From: Trichinella spiralis
Taxonomy: Eukaryota
NCBI RefSeq assembly: GCF_000181795.1
Contig: NW_003526943.1
Location: 11,956,007 to 12,020,006 of the forward strand
Length of the DNA stretch: 64,000 nucleotides
Direction: 5' to 3'
Position numbers and translations under genes: made by a program. This document shows, in pieces, positions 1 through 12,081 of this stretch. The notes beneath the pieces were generated by a model that saw only the letters and a list, made by a program, of their open reading frames with translations, was not told the DNA's origin and did not search any database. Within the stretch, counting starts at the first letter, position 1. Each line of letters opens with the position of its first letter.

Positions 1-764
1 CTATGATATTGTTCAAAGCTTCACTGCAAAAATTTCTTTATGGTTAAAACAAGTTGAAAGAGGAAATTTAGCATGGTTTTCAAGACTCAACGAGCTTTTC
101 AGTGATAAATGTCTCAGCGAAGATTTGAAAAGAAAAATGAAAGGGCACCTTAGAAGCCTACAAGACGAGTTTTTTCACTATTTTCCTGACGTGAAACCTC
201 AAAACCTGATCTATAAACTTGTGAGAAATCCATTTTTAGTTAATGTCGAAGACCTTTCACACGATCTTCAAGAAGAAGCCATTGAATTGCAATTCAACAA
301 CCTAGCTAAAGAAAGCTTTGAAAGTACGCCATTAGAAAACTTCTGGGTGAAGTTACAAGCAGAATATCCTAAAATAAGTTGACAAAGCTTACGTATATTG
401 GTTCCTTTCTCCTCAACGTACCTTTGTGAAACGGGATTCTCAGCTATCATGACACTTAATATGCAACACCGAAACAGGTTAAACGTTGAAAGCGATTTGC
501 GATGTACTTTATCACCCACTCCACCAAGAATAGACAACTTAGTCGCAAATAAGCATTGTCAATATTCTCATTAAATTTTTATTGTGAATCATTCAGGAAT
601 GTTTTACTGTGGAAACTAGCTTGGCTTGATGCAACCATAAAGCAAAATGTTGCTTTCCGTATACTGAATACATACCGCACTACTTTTCATTAGAGGGGGG
701 CATTAACTGCAGAACATTTATTAAGGGGGGGAGGGCGTGCGCTGACACAGTTTGAGAAACACTG
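1..764 (+). mobile_element. 3' end of a hAT (Buster/SPIN, ZBED8/SCAND3-like) DNA transposon with a decayed transposase C-terminus
   Basis: Frame 2 reads ...FWVKLQAEYPKIS*QSLRILVPFSSTYLCETGFSAIMTLNMQHRNRLNVESDLRCTLSPTPPRID...SH* (hAT dimerisation domain; premature TGA 380-382, end 574). Terminal ACACAGTTTGAGAAACACTG (745-764) is the reverse complement of a Buster-type TIR (CAGTGTTTCTCAAACTGTGT). It is followed by CTCTAAAG, which fits the NNNTANNN 8-bp target. Confidence 0.9.
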
Positions 765-2545
765 CTCTAAAGCGTTTAGAGTCCCCACTCGCTGAGAGGA
801 AAATCAGTACATCCCCATGGTGCCCCCGACGGCGAACTAAATTCCTAGGCATAGAAATCACTCTAACGGCATACCCCATTTCGACTTAGCTTCCTTTGGA
901 GGGACCCTAGAAAGAATCCGTAAAGCCCCCCCCCCTCAAACCCGCACAGAAACGTGCCACTGTGCGGGACTATCTGATTCCATCACTGGAATACAGACTG
1001 GGAGTCCCCGGGACATCTAGAAAACTCTTGGAGAGCGTAGATGGGGCAATAAGGTGAACAGTTAAACGCTTCCTGCACCTTCCAACCACCGGCATGAACA
1101 GCATGTTCTTGTCCATGCCAGTTAAAGAGGGAGGACTTGGATTGCGTCCTCTCTCTACAGAGCACATTACACGGGTAGCGGTGGGTACTAACAGCATGTC
1201 TAACAGCACTGACACCGTCTCTAGAGTAGTGGCTGACACTACAACTTTGCGGAAGCAGTTGCTCTCGGCATTGGAGCACTTTGCAGTTCCGGCAGCTACC
1301 AAAAGTGCTATCCGGGAAGGAAAGCGTAACCTCCTTCGGGAGGAGATCGCTCAGCTCTCAGAGACGTACCAAAGTAGCTGTCTTTCGTCTTTTAAAAAGG
1401 CGTCTCTGGTAAACTCTTGGCTGCGCGGCACTAGCGGCATGCGTAGTCCGGACTTTATCACCGGGCTGAAGCTACGGTTCGGCGTCATCGAGACCCGTAG
1501 CCAGAAGTGGAGGGGCCGAACTCCACAAAACCCGGATGCGCTGCTGTGCAGGCACTGCGGTCACTCGTCTCACAGAAGTGTCAGTTGGCACAAGCGATGA
1601 TCATCCAGAGACACAACAAAATTGTAAATCCTGATTTGGTATTGGTCAAAGACGGCGCTGCGCATATTGTAGACGTTGCGGTCCCTTGGGAAAAGGGAAC
1701 TACCATGGATGAAAAGCATGTGAGAAAGGTTAGCAAATACACAATATTAACAGAGGACGTCAAAGCACTCTTTGGCGTGCAAACCTGCACAGTCGGAGCT
1801 ATCATAATCGGAGCGCGTTCGAGCTGGTGCCCTTTGATTAATTGTTCTTTGAACAATTAATCTTTGAACAATAAATCACTAAAAGCATGCAGCCTGCACG
1901 TGCCAAAGAAGTTCAAGCGACTACTTTGCAGGGTAGCCCTCGAAGGTACCTGCAAAATATTCCAGAACTTCTTCACACGCACATAAGCACAAAAAAGATG
2001 AAAACAAAAAAAATTGATAAAATACAAAAACCAAAAACATTAAAAAATTTTAAAAAATGCCTTGCACGAAGCCTTGCATGCTGCCGTTGCTCTGTCTGTC
2101 GTATCCTTCAGGCAACAGAACAGCGGCACACTCAACTTTATTTGTAGGCTTATCAAAGAAAACACCAGCCGTTGGAAAAGTACGAACCGACGGCCAAGGA
2201 CCACACAACAAACTGAAAGACTCCATAGCGAAGCCCCGCGGTTCGCCGATAGCCGGACGCGTTGGAACGCCAGGGATGACGAGAGCCAAAGCGAATGACT
2301 AAGCGAGCAGAACGAAGCGGGAGAAGACTTCACAAGTGAACGTCTTGGTACGACGCCACTTCCCCCCAGAAGCTGGGCCCATAGTGATGTTCCATACTAT
2401 ACTCTCCCACTCCTCTCTTCCCCTGTAGCATTGTTAAAATACGGTAGCGGCCGTTACCCAGGCTGCACTGCAGTATGTCGATATACAATTACTTATCGCT
2501 TATTGATCGATCGAATTATTGCTTACTAATGACTTAAATAAAGGA
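765..2545 (+). mobile_element. 3' part of an R2-type (restriction-like endonuclease) non-LTR retrotransposon, frameshifted, plus probable 3' UTR
   Basis: Peptides KFLGIEI, LERIRKAP.LKPAQK..TVRDYLIPSLEY, MPVKEGGLGL, CRHCG zinc knuckle, RHNKIV, PDLVLVKDGAAHIVDVAVPWE and KVSKY (RLE PD..D..K), with stops and frameshifts. Coding ends ~1990. The 3' UTR limit is approximate. Confidence 0.88.
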
Positions 2546-2716
2546 CCATTGGTACGCGTCACTAATTGGGCTGAAAATCTTTCTCATTTGCTTCAGAGAA
2601 TTTTATTTTAATCTTTCCAGTCTATTTACCTCTTCACCAGAGTTATAATTTCCTTTCTGTGTTTTATTGTCATTAAAAATAAAAATCTGCAATTTTATTT
2701 ACAAATAAATTATCAT

Positions 2717-3143
2717 TGTAGACGACGGAAATGGTGATACTTTCGTCAGCGTGAGAGAACCCGCGCGTCAGAACTGAGTACTGTAGCATACTGTGGTGAC
2801 GCGTGAAGAGTCGAGTTTTTTGACAAGTTGTGGGTTTGCCGTTTGTTTGGAAGGTTGCGTTCAGTGTGTTTGCTTTGTTTGTGCTATATAGAGTTATTTC
2901 TTGTCTTATTGTACCTGGCTCACTATCATTCGTTTTGAGTAAACTGTGTCAACTTTATAAACTGTAAACTGTGTAAACTTGATCTAGTTTCGATTGATGG
3001 TTATCGTGATGGAAGTGAGTGTAACACGATTAAGGTGTATTGTCGAATGTATTTGACTTTTCTGTTTTTCAATACGAACAAATATACAGTCCACTAAGAT
3101 TGCGAGCGAGTGAACCCCGTAGTTTTGCTCGTTATTCGTTACA
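2717..3143. mobile_element. Solo LTR
   Basis: TGTAGAC...CGTTACA termini flanked by a near-identical 5-bp duplication ATCAT (2712-2716) / GTCAT (3144-3148); no coding capacity. Confidence 0.65.
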
Positions 3144-3480
3144 GTCATATTTGTTTATACATTTTTTGCAAATTATCTAAAATTCGTTTTTCAATGTCGA
3201 TACTAAATAGATTCTGCGGTTGATTTTTTAATTCAGGTTTTTTACATTTTTTCATTCACAAACGCAATTGAAAATTTCTTGGAAAATTTTGAAAAAAGAA
3301 AATAAGTTCGTTGAAGTATTGTGTCATAATACAGTATATTTGGCCGAATTTACACCTAAACTCATTGAAAATGTAAAAGAACAACCCAGGTTCGAAACAA
3401 ACAGATCTCTCCTTCATTGCTATTAATCGTTCACTGTAGCATTACAGAATTTTCCCAAAACATTTCGAAAAGCGGACAGG

Positions 3481-3660
3481 ACAGAAAGTGATGACCGAGT
3501 TGCCTCCCTCGCCTTTGCTGACGACATAATTCTACTGTTAGAAAGCAAGCCGGGGCCTCCAAGCCCAATTCTAAATGACATTAGAATTTTGTAAGAAAAA
3601 GGCCTTGGCTTAAGCTTGGGAAAAAGCTTCGACGGCTTCGGTGGTCCAGTGTTCGACATG
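3481..3660 (+). mobile_element. Small non-LTR (R2-like) reverse transcriptase remnant
   Basis: Translates DRVASLAFADDIILLLES, the RT catalytic (Y/F)ADD motif, then decays. Confidence 0.75.
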
Positions 3661-4342
3661 AATGGGTCAACAGGATTCCTTCTTTCCCAATCTGCTATCT
3701 GACTTCAGCCATGATAAAGACTGGACAAAATTAGCGGACAGAGAAGATCCTTTTGCTATGTTGATGATGATGATAACGGTTCATTTCAGCCGAAGCTGGC
3801 CAGCACGAGCAACAGCACGATACCGTTTCTTTGCGTTTGCCAGTGTCCATGAGCATGTTTGTGCATGAGTGAAGCAGCAGTGAACAAGAGAAGAAATTTG
3901 CCCACTTCTAACCAACGGAAGTTTCTCATAAATAAGAGAGTCACCGTTAAACCCGCCATTTAGTCATTCATTCCTTATGAGAACCGGAACAGAAGGTTGA
4001 ACAAGGACGCATGACCGTGGACTTGTCATTGTAATGCGTTTTGTTTGTCAAATTTTGCCTTCTTTTTAGTGGTCAGTTTTCTGATATTCAAAGCTTACTA
4101 TTTATATTCTATATATATTTTAAAAAATTACTATTTAATGGTACTTATTTGGTGCAATTAATTACAATCAATTGCAAAATGAAATTCAGTAATATGGTGA
4201 ATCCACATGATCTTTTTTACTTACAGCATCCGTAATTTCTAAATTTGTACACATTATACCGCTGCATCCTATTTTGTCCTATACCGAAATAAACTAAAAC
4301 TTAATAACAATGACCACATATTGCGCATTAAGCATAAGCTTT

Positions 4343-5226
4343 TGTAATGAGCCACTCTGTCGGGCGGGTTTGTTCGACACCCCAACTGGACTGCCATCAC
4401 GGCCATCCCTAGGGGGCGTCGCGCAGGTGTCGACCGGCGGATTCCTCTGCACGGTCATATTTTCCCTCTGGATGCCGCCGCCCCTGTTTGCCTCTAATAT
4501 TCACCTATCCACAAGATAGATCAAGAGTACAATATTTATTAACAAATACGAACAAGGCGCGCCACCGTAAATCTCAACAATCAACAACTACCATCGGTCA
4601 GCTCGACGCCAACAACCATACTACCGTTATCTTTTCCCGATCTTCAAGTATCCATCTGCTTACGGTACTTTATTGTTCTTCTCTTCGTTGTCTAGACAAA
4701 TGCAGTTGTTACGCGTCGGCTTGCGTCTGCTACATTTTGGAACGCCCCCAATATTTCTTCAGTTTACCGGTAGGTTTCAGTTTATATGCTCTTCCTTCAG
4801 AAACCAGTGTTGCAGACGCAGACCGACAACTAACCACTGCTGTGCTTCTCTAGATAACGAATATGAGGAAGAACAAAGCTACCGTAAGCCGACCGGCACT
4901 TGAAGATCAGGAAGGAGTACGGTGGAACGTGACCATTATTAGTAGCGGTGGAGCGATAGTCTGTTGTTTGCGAGAGATAGTGGTGGTCGTTGTTGTGATT
5001 GCGAATAAATATTCTCTTCCTGTTCTGTTGCTTTGAGTGAGAGTATGTTACCAACAAAGCGTGAATTAGGGAAAAGGGACGGCAGGGCCGGTAGTAACCG
5101 GACGGACGATACAGACGCAGAGATGAGCCCGCAGATCGACACCGGCGTGTCGTCATTTGGTAATGACCGTGGCAGTAACCCTGTTGAAGCGAGGAACGAG
5201 CCCGCCCGGGAGAGCGGCTCGTTACA
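4343..5226. mobile_element. LTR-like element with long diverged inverted arms (TGTAA...TTACA)
   Basis: Left end TGTAATGAGCCACTCTGTCGGGCGGGTTTGTTC versus reverse complement of right end TGTAACGAGCCGCTCTCCCGGGCGGGCTCGTTC. Patchy similarity continues for roughly 250-300 bp. GC-richer than flanks. No TSD seen. Confidence 0.6.
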
Positions 5227-6698
5227 CCAGTGACATTTTACCGCAATCACTTTTACTACTTAAAATTATATTTAACTTCATCAAATTAACAAATAAATTA
5301 ATAGAAAACAAACTTTTGAATAAGTTCTTTAAAATGCTGCATGGTGCACAACTTATAAACCGAGCTAGCTAAGCTTAAAGTAGAGCAGGTTTCTTAGGTC
5401 TGATCTGCAGTTGTATGAATATAATTAATTATACACAAAAAAGGAACCGGAAGAAAATTCGTTTCTAAGCTTATAATTTTGAAATGGTAGTCATCTTTTC
5501 ATTTTACTTAATGCTACTCACAAATTGTAACAAAGCATTCTATTAAGTAAGTCATTAATGGAGCATCCATACTTGATCAGAATTCAGTAAATAACTATCA
5601 ACCAATCGCAGATCATCGTTGAATAGCTAATGAAATCGCATATATTATCAGCCAATCAGTGTGGAATAGCCTATCAGTGAGCAGTCATTAAAAAAAGAAG
5701 GTTATAATCGAGCGGACAAGTGAAGAATAAGCGAAATATTTTTCTTCATTGTGTAGTTCAATCGCCTTGATGCGCACATCTTCTCATTATTAGTACATAA
5801 AGGCCCACACACATTCTGAGCAAATACATTTCTACAACCAGACCATATGCGACAAGAGTAATATTTAATCTTTATAAATAAAAATTAGTGTTGTATTTAT
5901 TTTTATTTTTTATCATTATTTATATTTTACATAATAATTTTAAGTTAAGAAATGTTTAACGGCGGAAAACTGTTTTATTATATTTAAACTTGAGCATCAC
6001 ATTATGTGTCACTAGAGCAGCGTCCTTGGCAGCAGATGGTCAGTATTGGACGTGACGGCTCGGTTTGTTTTCTGGTTCCATGAAGTGTTTGTTAAATCTT
6101 TTTTCAGACAGAGTTCGATACTTTTTTCTCATTTTTGTGTTTGTATTGGAAACTGCCAGGAGTTTTGTTGTTATGTTTTTATTTATATTCTTTAGCGCGG
6201 AACTTCGTTGAAAATAGTAATTCACTTTTCTTTCACTTACCCATTTCAGGTTTTTTTTTCGATTAATTTATTGTTTAAATTATGCATTAAATGAATTTCT
6301 TTAAATTTTCACGACTGCAAAGAGCAATTCTGTGCAATTTTTTTTATTGCATTTTACATTCCACATCGACATTAATTGATTATTGTTGTTTTGATGTGTT
6401 ATTTTTGGTGGCGTTTTTTTTATTTTTTAATGTTTGTCGAAAATGCGTGGTTGTGATGACATTGGAATTTTGTTTCTTTTCTTTTGCTACTTGAATAACC
6501 AACCGTGCTGTTAGCAGTTGGGGGCGATGTTTTTAGTGCGCTTATCGTTGAGCGTTGGCTAATTAAACGGCAGGTTTGTGCGAGCGAATTAACAGATGCA
6601 GTTGAATTTCGGCCGTCGCTTATAGCCTTGAGCTTGTTTTTTGAATACTTTTCTAAGTTTCTTGTGTTTTCATTTTAGTTCTGATCCTGCGAACGAAA

Positions 6699-8185
6699 AT
6701 GAGTCACATACCACAGGTTCCGTATGTGGGTGATCAAGTTCAGATGCCAGTGATGGGTCCAAAGGATCAGCAGACCTTAGCTTGGGCCCATCAGAATTAC
6801 ATCATCGACTCTGGTATCCATTCTGCAGGCGTGAATACATACGCGTCGTCGACAGTGTCGGCAGTATCAGCAATGAGCAATTTGATCGAAGAATATGGCG
6901 ATCCGTACACACCAGGCTATACACGCGAACAAATAGACGGTATGAGGAATGTTTTTGTTAATTGTTTATTATTAATTAAATTTATTCAGGCATAAATGCT
7001 GAATACGAAGCGACTCAGTCTCAGCGAATCCGCGCAGCGATGTTTCCCGAAACGATTGAAGATCCGAAAGATTTAAGCACTGCCCAATATGATTTCGGTC
7101 CGATGACTAATGTGCAAAGCTTGGCTGAACCGAGTCAAATGTTGAAAACGGCCGTTGTGAACATTATCAACTACCACGACGATGCTGAATTGACGGCAAA
7201 AGCGATTCCAGAATTGATCAAACTCCTTAGCGATGTCGATCAGGTTTTTATTGACAATTTAATCTAACTGCAATAACTTATACCGGTCCTTTATACAGTA
7301 ATTATTTTATTTTTTGCTATTTTTAAAATTATTTCCTAATCAAGCAAAAGGTATTTCAGATTTTAATTGAAGTCAATTTTTTTGAAATTCGGCAAGTAAA
7401 GTAATAATAAATGTATAAGGGCAAAGATAAGGAAAGTTCACATTTTTGTCTACTTTTGAACTTATATCAGTAGATAAGAGAATTGTTTAATGAATATTTT
7501 AAATGAAATATGTTTGTTTGAATAGTTTTTACAAGTGAAATTTATTTTTCTGAAATGGATTTTTTTGAATGATAATGGTAGTTTTGATGAGGAATTATCG
7601 TGTAAAGTTGTGAGACTGAACGGATGGGTGACGATGTGTGAAGTTCGCGTTCAGTTGTTCAATTTGTAGGTTGTTGTTCAACAAGCCGCTATGGTCATTC
7701 ACCACCTCAGTAAACGTGATGCCGAATTGATGGCACTGGCGAAAAGTACAGATTTGGTCTTGGCGATCATCAATGCGATGAATTTGAATGCTGATCCAGA
7801 GTTGACGAAATATGCAGCTGGAATTCTTTATAACATTTCTAGACATTATGCAGGCTTGTTGGCAATTTTTCAGTCTGGTGGCATTCCCGCGTTGGTGCGT
7901 TTGTTGGGGTAAAAGAATTGATTATTTTTTTTAATATTTTATTTAAAAAATGATTTTTCTTTTCTAACTTATTATTGCAATTACAGATCACCCGTTGATT
8001 CAGTTGTATTTTACGCTATCACTACGTTGCACAATTTGTTGTTGCACCAACAAGGCTCCAAGGATGAAGTTCGTCGATCAGGAGGTGTACCGAAGATGGT
8101 CGCGTTGTTGCAAAAGCCAATACCGAAATTTCTTGCGATTGTCACCGACTGTTTGCAAAATTTGGCATACAAGCATGCAGAGACG

Positions 8186-8222
<37 letters not shown>

Positions 8223-10839
8223 TTATTTATTTATTTATTTATTTATCTACTCCCCCCCCTCAATAAGCTGAGTATATTGATTTCTTTAACTGCTGCAGTT
8301 GGTGATTCTCGCATCGGACGGTCCGCGACAGCTTGTGCGTATTGTTCAAAGTTATGACTATGAAAAGTTGTTGTGGACAACGTCACGTTTGTTGAAAGTT
8401 TTGAGTGTATGTCCGCAAAACAAGCCGGCTATCATTCAAGCAGGTTAGCAGAGTTTGTTCTTCTTTTTTGCAGCTAATATACATTAAGATAAAAAATAAA
8501 TACAACTTTTCTATATGTTTGTTTATTTTTAATTTTCATAGGTTGCATGCAAGTGTTAGGTCAGAGACTTGTGCATCCGTCTCAGCGTTTGATAAGAAGC
8601 TGTTTGGATTGTTTGCGCAATTTGTCTGACGAAGCAACGAAAGAAGAGAATGTCGAAGATTTGTTGAGACATCTGATCCAACTGCTCGGCTCTAGCGATA
8701 TGCAAGTGGTCGCCTGTTGTGTCGACATCCTTTCCAATTTGACTTGCAACAATCAACGCAACAAGGTAAAGGCGGCCAGTTGTGTGCAGTCGACTTGTGA
8801 AGTGTGATCATCAGGGTGGCCATTTTAGGTGACCGTCTGTCGTAACATGGGCATAGAAGCGTTGATCCGTACGTTGCAGCAGTGTGCGACGCTGTTCGAA
8901 ATTGTGGAATCGGCCCTGTGCACGCTTCGCCATTTGACGTGCCGTCACCCGGATGTCGAGGCGTCGTTGAATTCTGTCCGTCTCAACTGTGGCATTCCGC
9001 TGATTTGCAGCTTTCTCAACTTCCACTCTCAGCCGTTGCCTGTGATTAAGGCGACTTTGGGTTTGTTGCGCAATTTGGGCTCCAATCCGGCTAATTTGGC
9101 CGCTTTCCGCGAACAAGCGGTCGTGAACAACGTCTGCATGTACTTTGTCCACTCTTTCCAACAAGTCCAACAAGCGCAACAGGCGAAAGCCGATCCGCCT
9201 ATCATCGACGGCGTCAGCAGCATGGACATTGTGGAATGCAGCACGGCCACTTTGCACATGTTGTCCAAAGACGCGCTGAATCGAAACGTAATGCGACAGA
9301 TGAATATCATTCCAATTCTTGTTCAGGTAGGTACTAGTTCAAAAATATATACCTGTGATTGCAACTGTTTAATACCTTCCAACTTGGTTAAGTGCACATG
9401 GAATGGAATTTGTCAAGAATCTCCATACACTTATCCAAAGTTGGGAATTGTGCAGAATAATTGAAAGGAGCAATAACTTCACATTTACAAATAGGTTTGA
9501 TGTGAAAAAAATGTCCATTTATTTTATGTAAAATAGTCGGAAATGTTGGTTTGAATTGTATATTGTGGTGCCAGCGTTACTAGCTGCTCTTCAATTCAGT
9601 TTAGGTCTGTCTGATTTAAGTTGTTTTCGTGAAAATATGACCGAACTGTCACCAGATCTGCGGCAGCTTCCTGGGAATACAGTGGTTGCTTTGATTTTGG
9701 GATAGCTCGCTTTGTCTGTGATACGCGAGCTTATTCTAATATGGCGAACAGCAAACTTTTGCTGAATATCAATAGTTGCTATGGCTTATGATAAACGTAA
9801 AGCGGCCATAAACGAGCCTATTGTGCACTTAAGGACTGTATATTGCGAACAGTAAATCCCGTCAGTCTAGGCAAAATGATGCACTTAACCAAGTTGTGCC
9901 CTTATCCATTATTTTTTACCCAGTAATTAACTACAGGGAATTTTATTAGGCCAAAATTTTGTGCACTTAACCAAGATCGACTTTCCTTTGATTTTTTTTT
10001 CATTACCACAAATATTGCTATGCTGTTCTGTTCTAGTTGCTGTACTTTGAAGTGGAATACGTCCAATTGGTCGCGTCTGGCACGTTGTCGGAATTGTCCA
10101 ACGAAATGGAAGGTGTGCACATGATTGAACAGTGCGGTGCCATACCTCCACTGACAGAGTTGCTTCATTGCAGAAATGAAAGCATTTGTATGTTTTAATT
10201 TTTTTAACTTTTCATTTTACCATTTTGTCATTATTCAACATTATGCTGTGTGTATGTAAGAAAGAAAAAAATGTCAAGCATCTTTTTTAAGCCACTTACG
10301 CTGGCATCACGTTGCATCGTATGAATGCTGACAAGCCAGTTGAATGTCGCAAACGTCTCAGTGTTGAATTGACCAGTTCGTTGTTGCTCGACGACGGTAG
10401 TGCAGCTTGGGTTCAGGTGAGTTTGTCGTAGTGCTGATTTTGCATTATAACTTGGTTATTATTATTTATATTATCTTGCCTTTTTTTACAGGATACAGGT
10501 CCCGAGTCATGTGTATTATCAGACGACTTCAGTGATATGTTTTATCGAGGTGAGTTTCTTGGCATTCTGTTAGGCGTTTGTGGAAAAATGTAATAATTTC
10601 GAATTCACTGATTGCTCTGTCCAGGCGCGTATGACAACGCGATGAGTTACGATCAAATGCATGTGAACAGTCCGGCAGCGGTTGGAGTCGGTTGGGATCC
10701 GTTGGACACTGGCATGATGGGTCAGCCGTATGGAACAATGCCAGTTGGCATGGGTACTGTATCTCAGCCAGTACCACCACAGCATTATCCTGGGCAACCA
10801 CCACCAACAATTAACGCATGGTATGATACAGATTTGTGA
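6699..10839 (+). CDS. ctnnb1: Beta-catenin / armadillo (11 coding exons)
   Basis: DSGIHS degron, [28 protein letters not shown], armadillo repeats ([52 protein letters not shown]) and C-terminal AWYDTDL*. GT-AG exons about 6699-6939, 6990-7243, 7670-7908, 7987-8188, 8299-8443, 8542-8765, 8829-9326, 10037-10187, 10292-10416, 10492-10549, 10625-10839. Confidence 0.97.
8190..8248. repeat. (TA)n followed by (TTTA)n microsatellite at the start of beta-catenin intron 4
   Basis: Directly visible tandem repeat beginning at the GT donor. Confidence 0.9.
9380..9975. repeat. Inverted-repeat (MITE-like) relic in beta-catenin intron 7
   Basis: CAACTTGGTTAAGTGCA (9380-9396) is inverted perfectly at 9880-9896 and again (TGTGCACTTAACCAAG) at 9960-9975. 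Confidence 0.5.
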
Positions 10840-11825
10840 AAACGCAAAGCCTGACCAACAGAACAAAATAAAGCTAAACTTTATCTAGCACTATGGCGAT
10901 GATTTCTACAATAACACTCATTCTTATTCCATACTGTATACAGTGCATTCAAAACATTAATTTATTCCATATTACCATCATTCATTCATAAAGTTGACAA
11001 TTATCACTTTATATATATATATATATATGTAATATATGCATTCTGTGAATAATAAGAAACTTATTGCTGAACAAATAAAAAATAATTGTTCATTGAAGTG
11101 TGTTTTTATGTTCAGTTTTAAAATGAGTATTTATACAGCATGTATATTTGCTTTTTTATGTTGCAGTATTTTTGCTGTGATAATACGATGCTAGATGCTT
11201 TGCTGTGATAATACAGCTGAACTACAAAACAAGTTGCAATATAACAACACTATCACATTACACACAACGAACAATAATGACAGAGTTTAACATAATGCAC
11301 GATTATAGAAAGTAAACAATTACCAACATATAGAAAGCACAAGGGTCCTGATGCGCGTCATACACATCATAAATGTTAATGTTTTTATTTGTGTGTGGAA
11401 CAGAAAACCCGTCCTATTACTGTTCGGCTTGCAGATTTAAATATAGAAGACTTTCGAACAAGCTTAGTCGCATACCCGGGACAATTCCAATTCCCAGTAT
11501 TCAATAAACGAGAGCGTCTGTGTCCGTATCGCCTAGCACGACACCAACCATAATGTAAAAGAATATAATTTTCTGGCATTCATATGAAGTGTCAATATTA
11601 TAATAATTTTAGAAGAACACAAGACTGAAATGATACTAGCCTTGTGAACTGGTCATGCTTGCGAACGACTGCAAACAGCCAAAATCAGTGGAAACCTGAT
11701 AAATCAACTATCGCAAATCAGACATAGAAACAATTGCGAACATTAATACAATTGGATTAACTTTTTACATGCAACACCATAAAACAACAACCATGAAACT
11801 TCTATCACTGCTCAACTTCCCACCG

Positions 11826-11867
11826 CCCCGAAGGGGGGGGGAGATATCACCCACTTTAGGAATCACT
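11826..11867. mobile_element. Possible decayed hAT/Buster-type terminus
   Basis: G-run followed by CCCACTTTAGGAATCACT, resembling the G-run plus TIR seen at 725-764. Confidence 0.3.
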
Positions 11868-12081
11868 TTAGAATCCGAATAAAGCATATTCCTTTATTAC
11901 TATTAATTGTTACTGTAACGCTACAGTATTCTTGAAAACACGAGAAGCGTACCAGATTTTGTTTGAAAATTGTTCATCTGCTATTCAAATATTGTCTTGG
12001 ATATTTTTACTTGCAAGTTTTTTTACGTGAAAGTGATTGTCTGCAAAAGATTCTTTTGTTTGCATATGATTAAAATATTGT

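Noticed and set aside
2050..2065. AAATGCCT after an A-rich tract as the 28S 3' junction (TAGCCAAATGCC) of the first R2
   Set aside because: Only 8 nt match, TAGCC is absent and no further 28S sequence follows.
8811..9310. Antisense ORFs over beta-catenin exon 7 (similar ones over R2, piggyBac and collagen)
   Set aside because: Shadows of GC-richer sense coding sequence.
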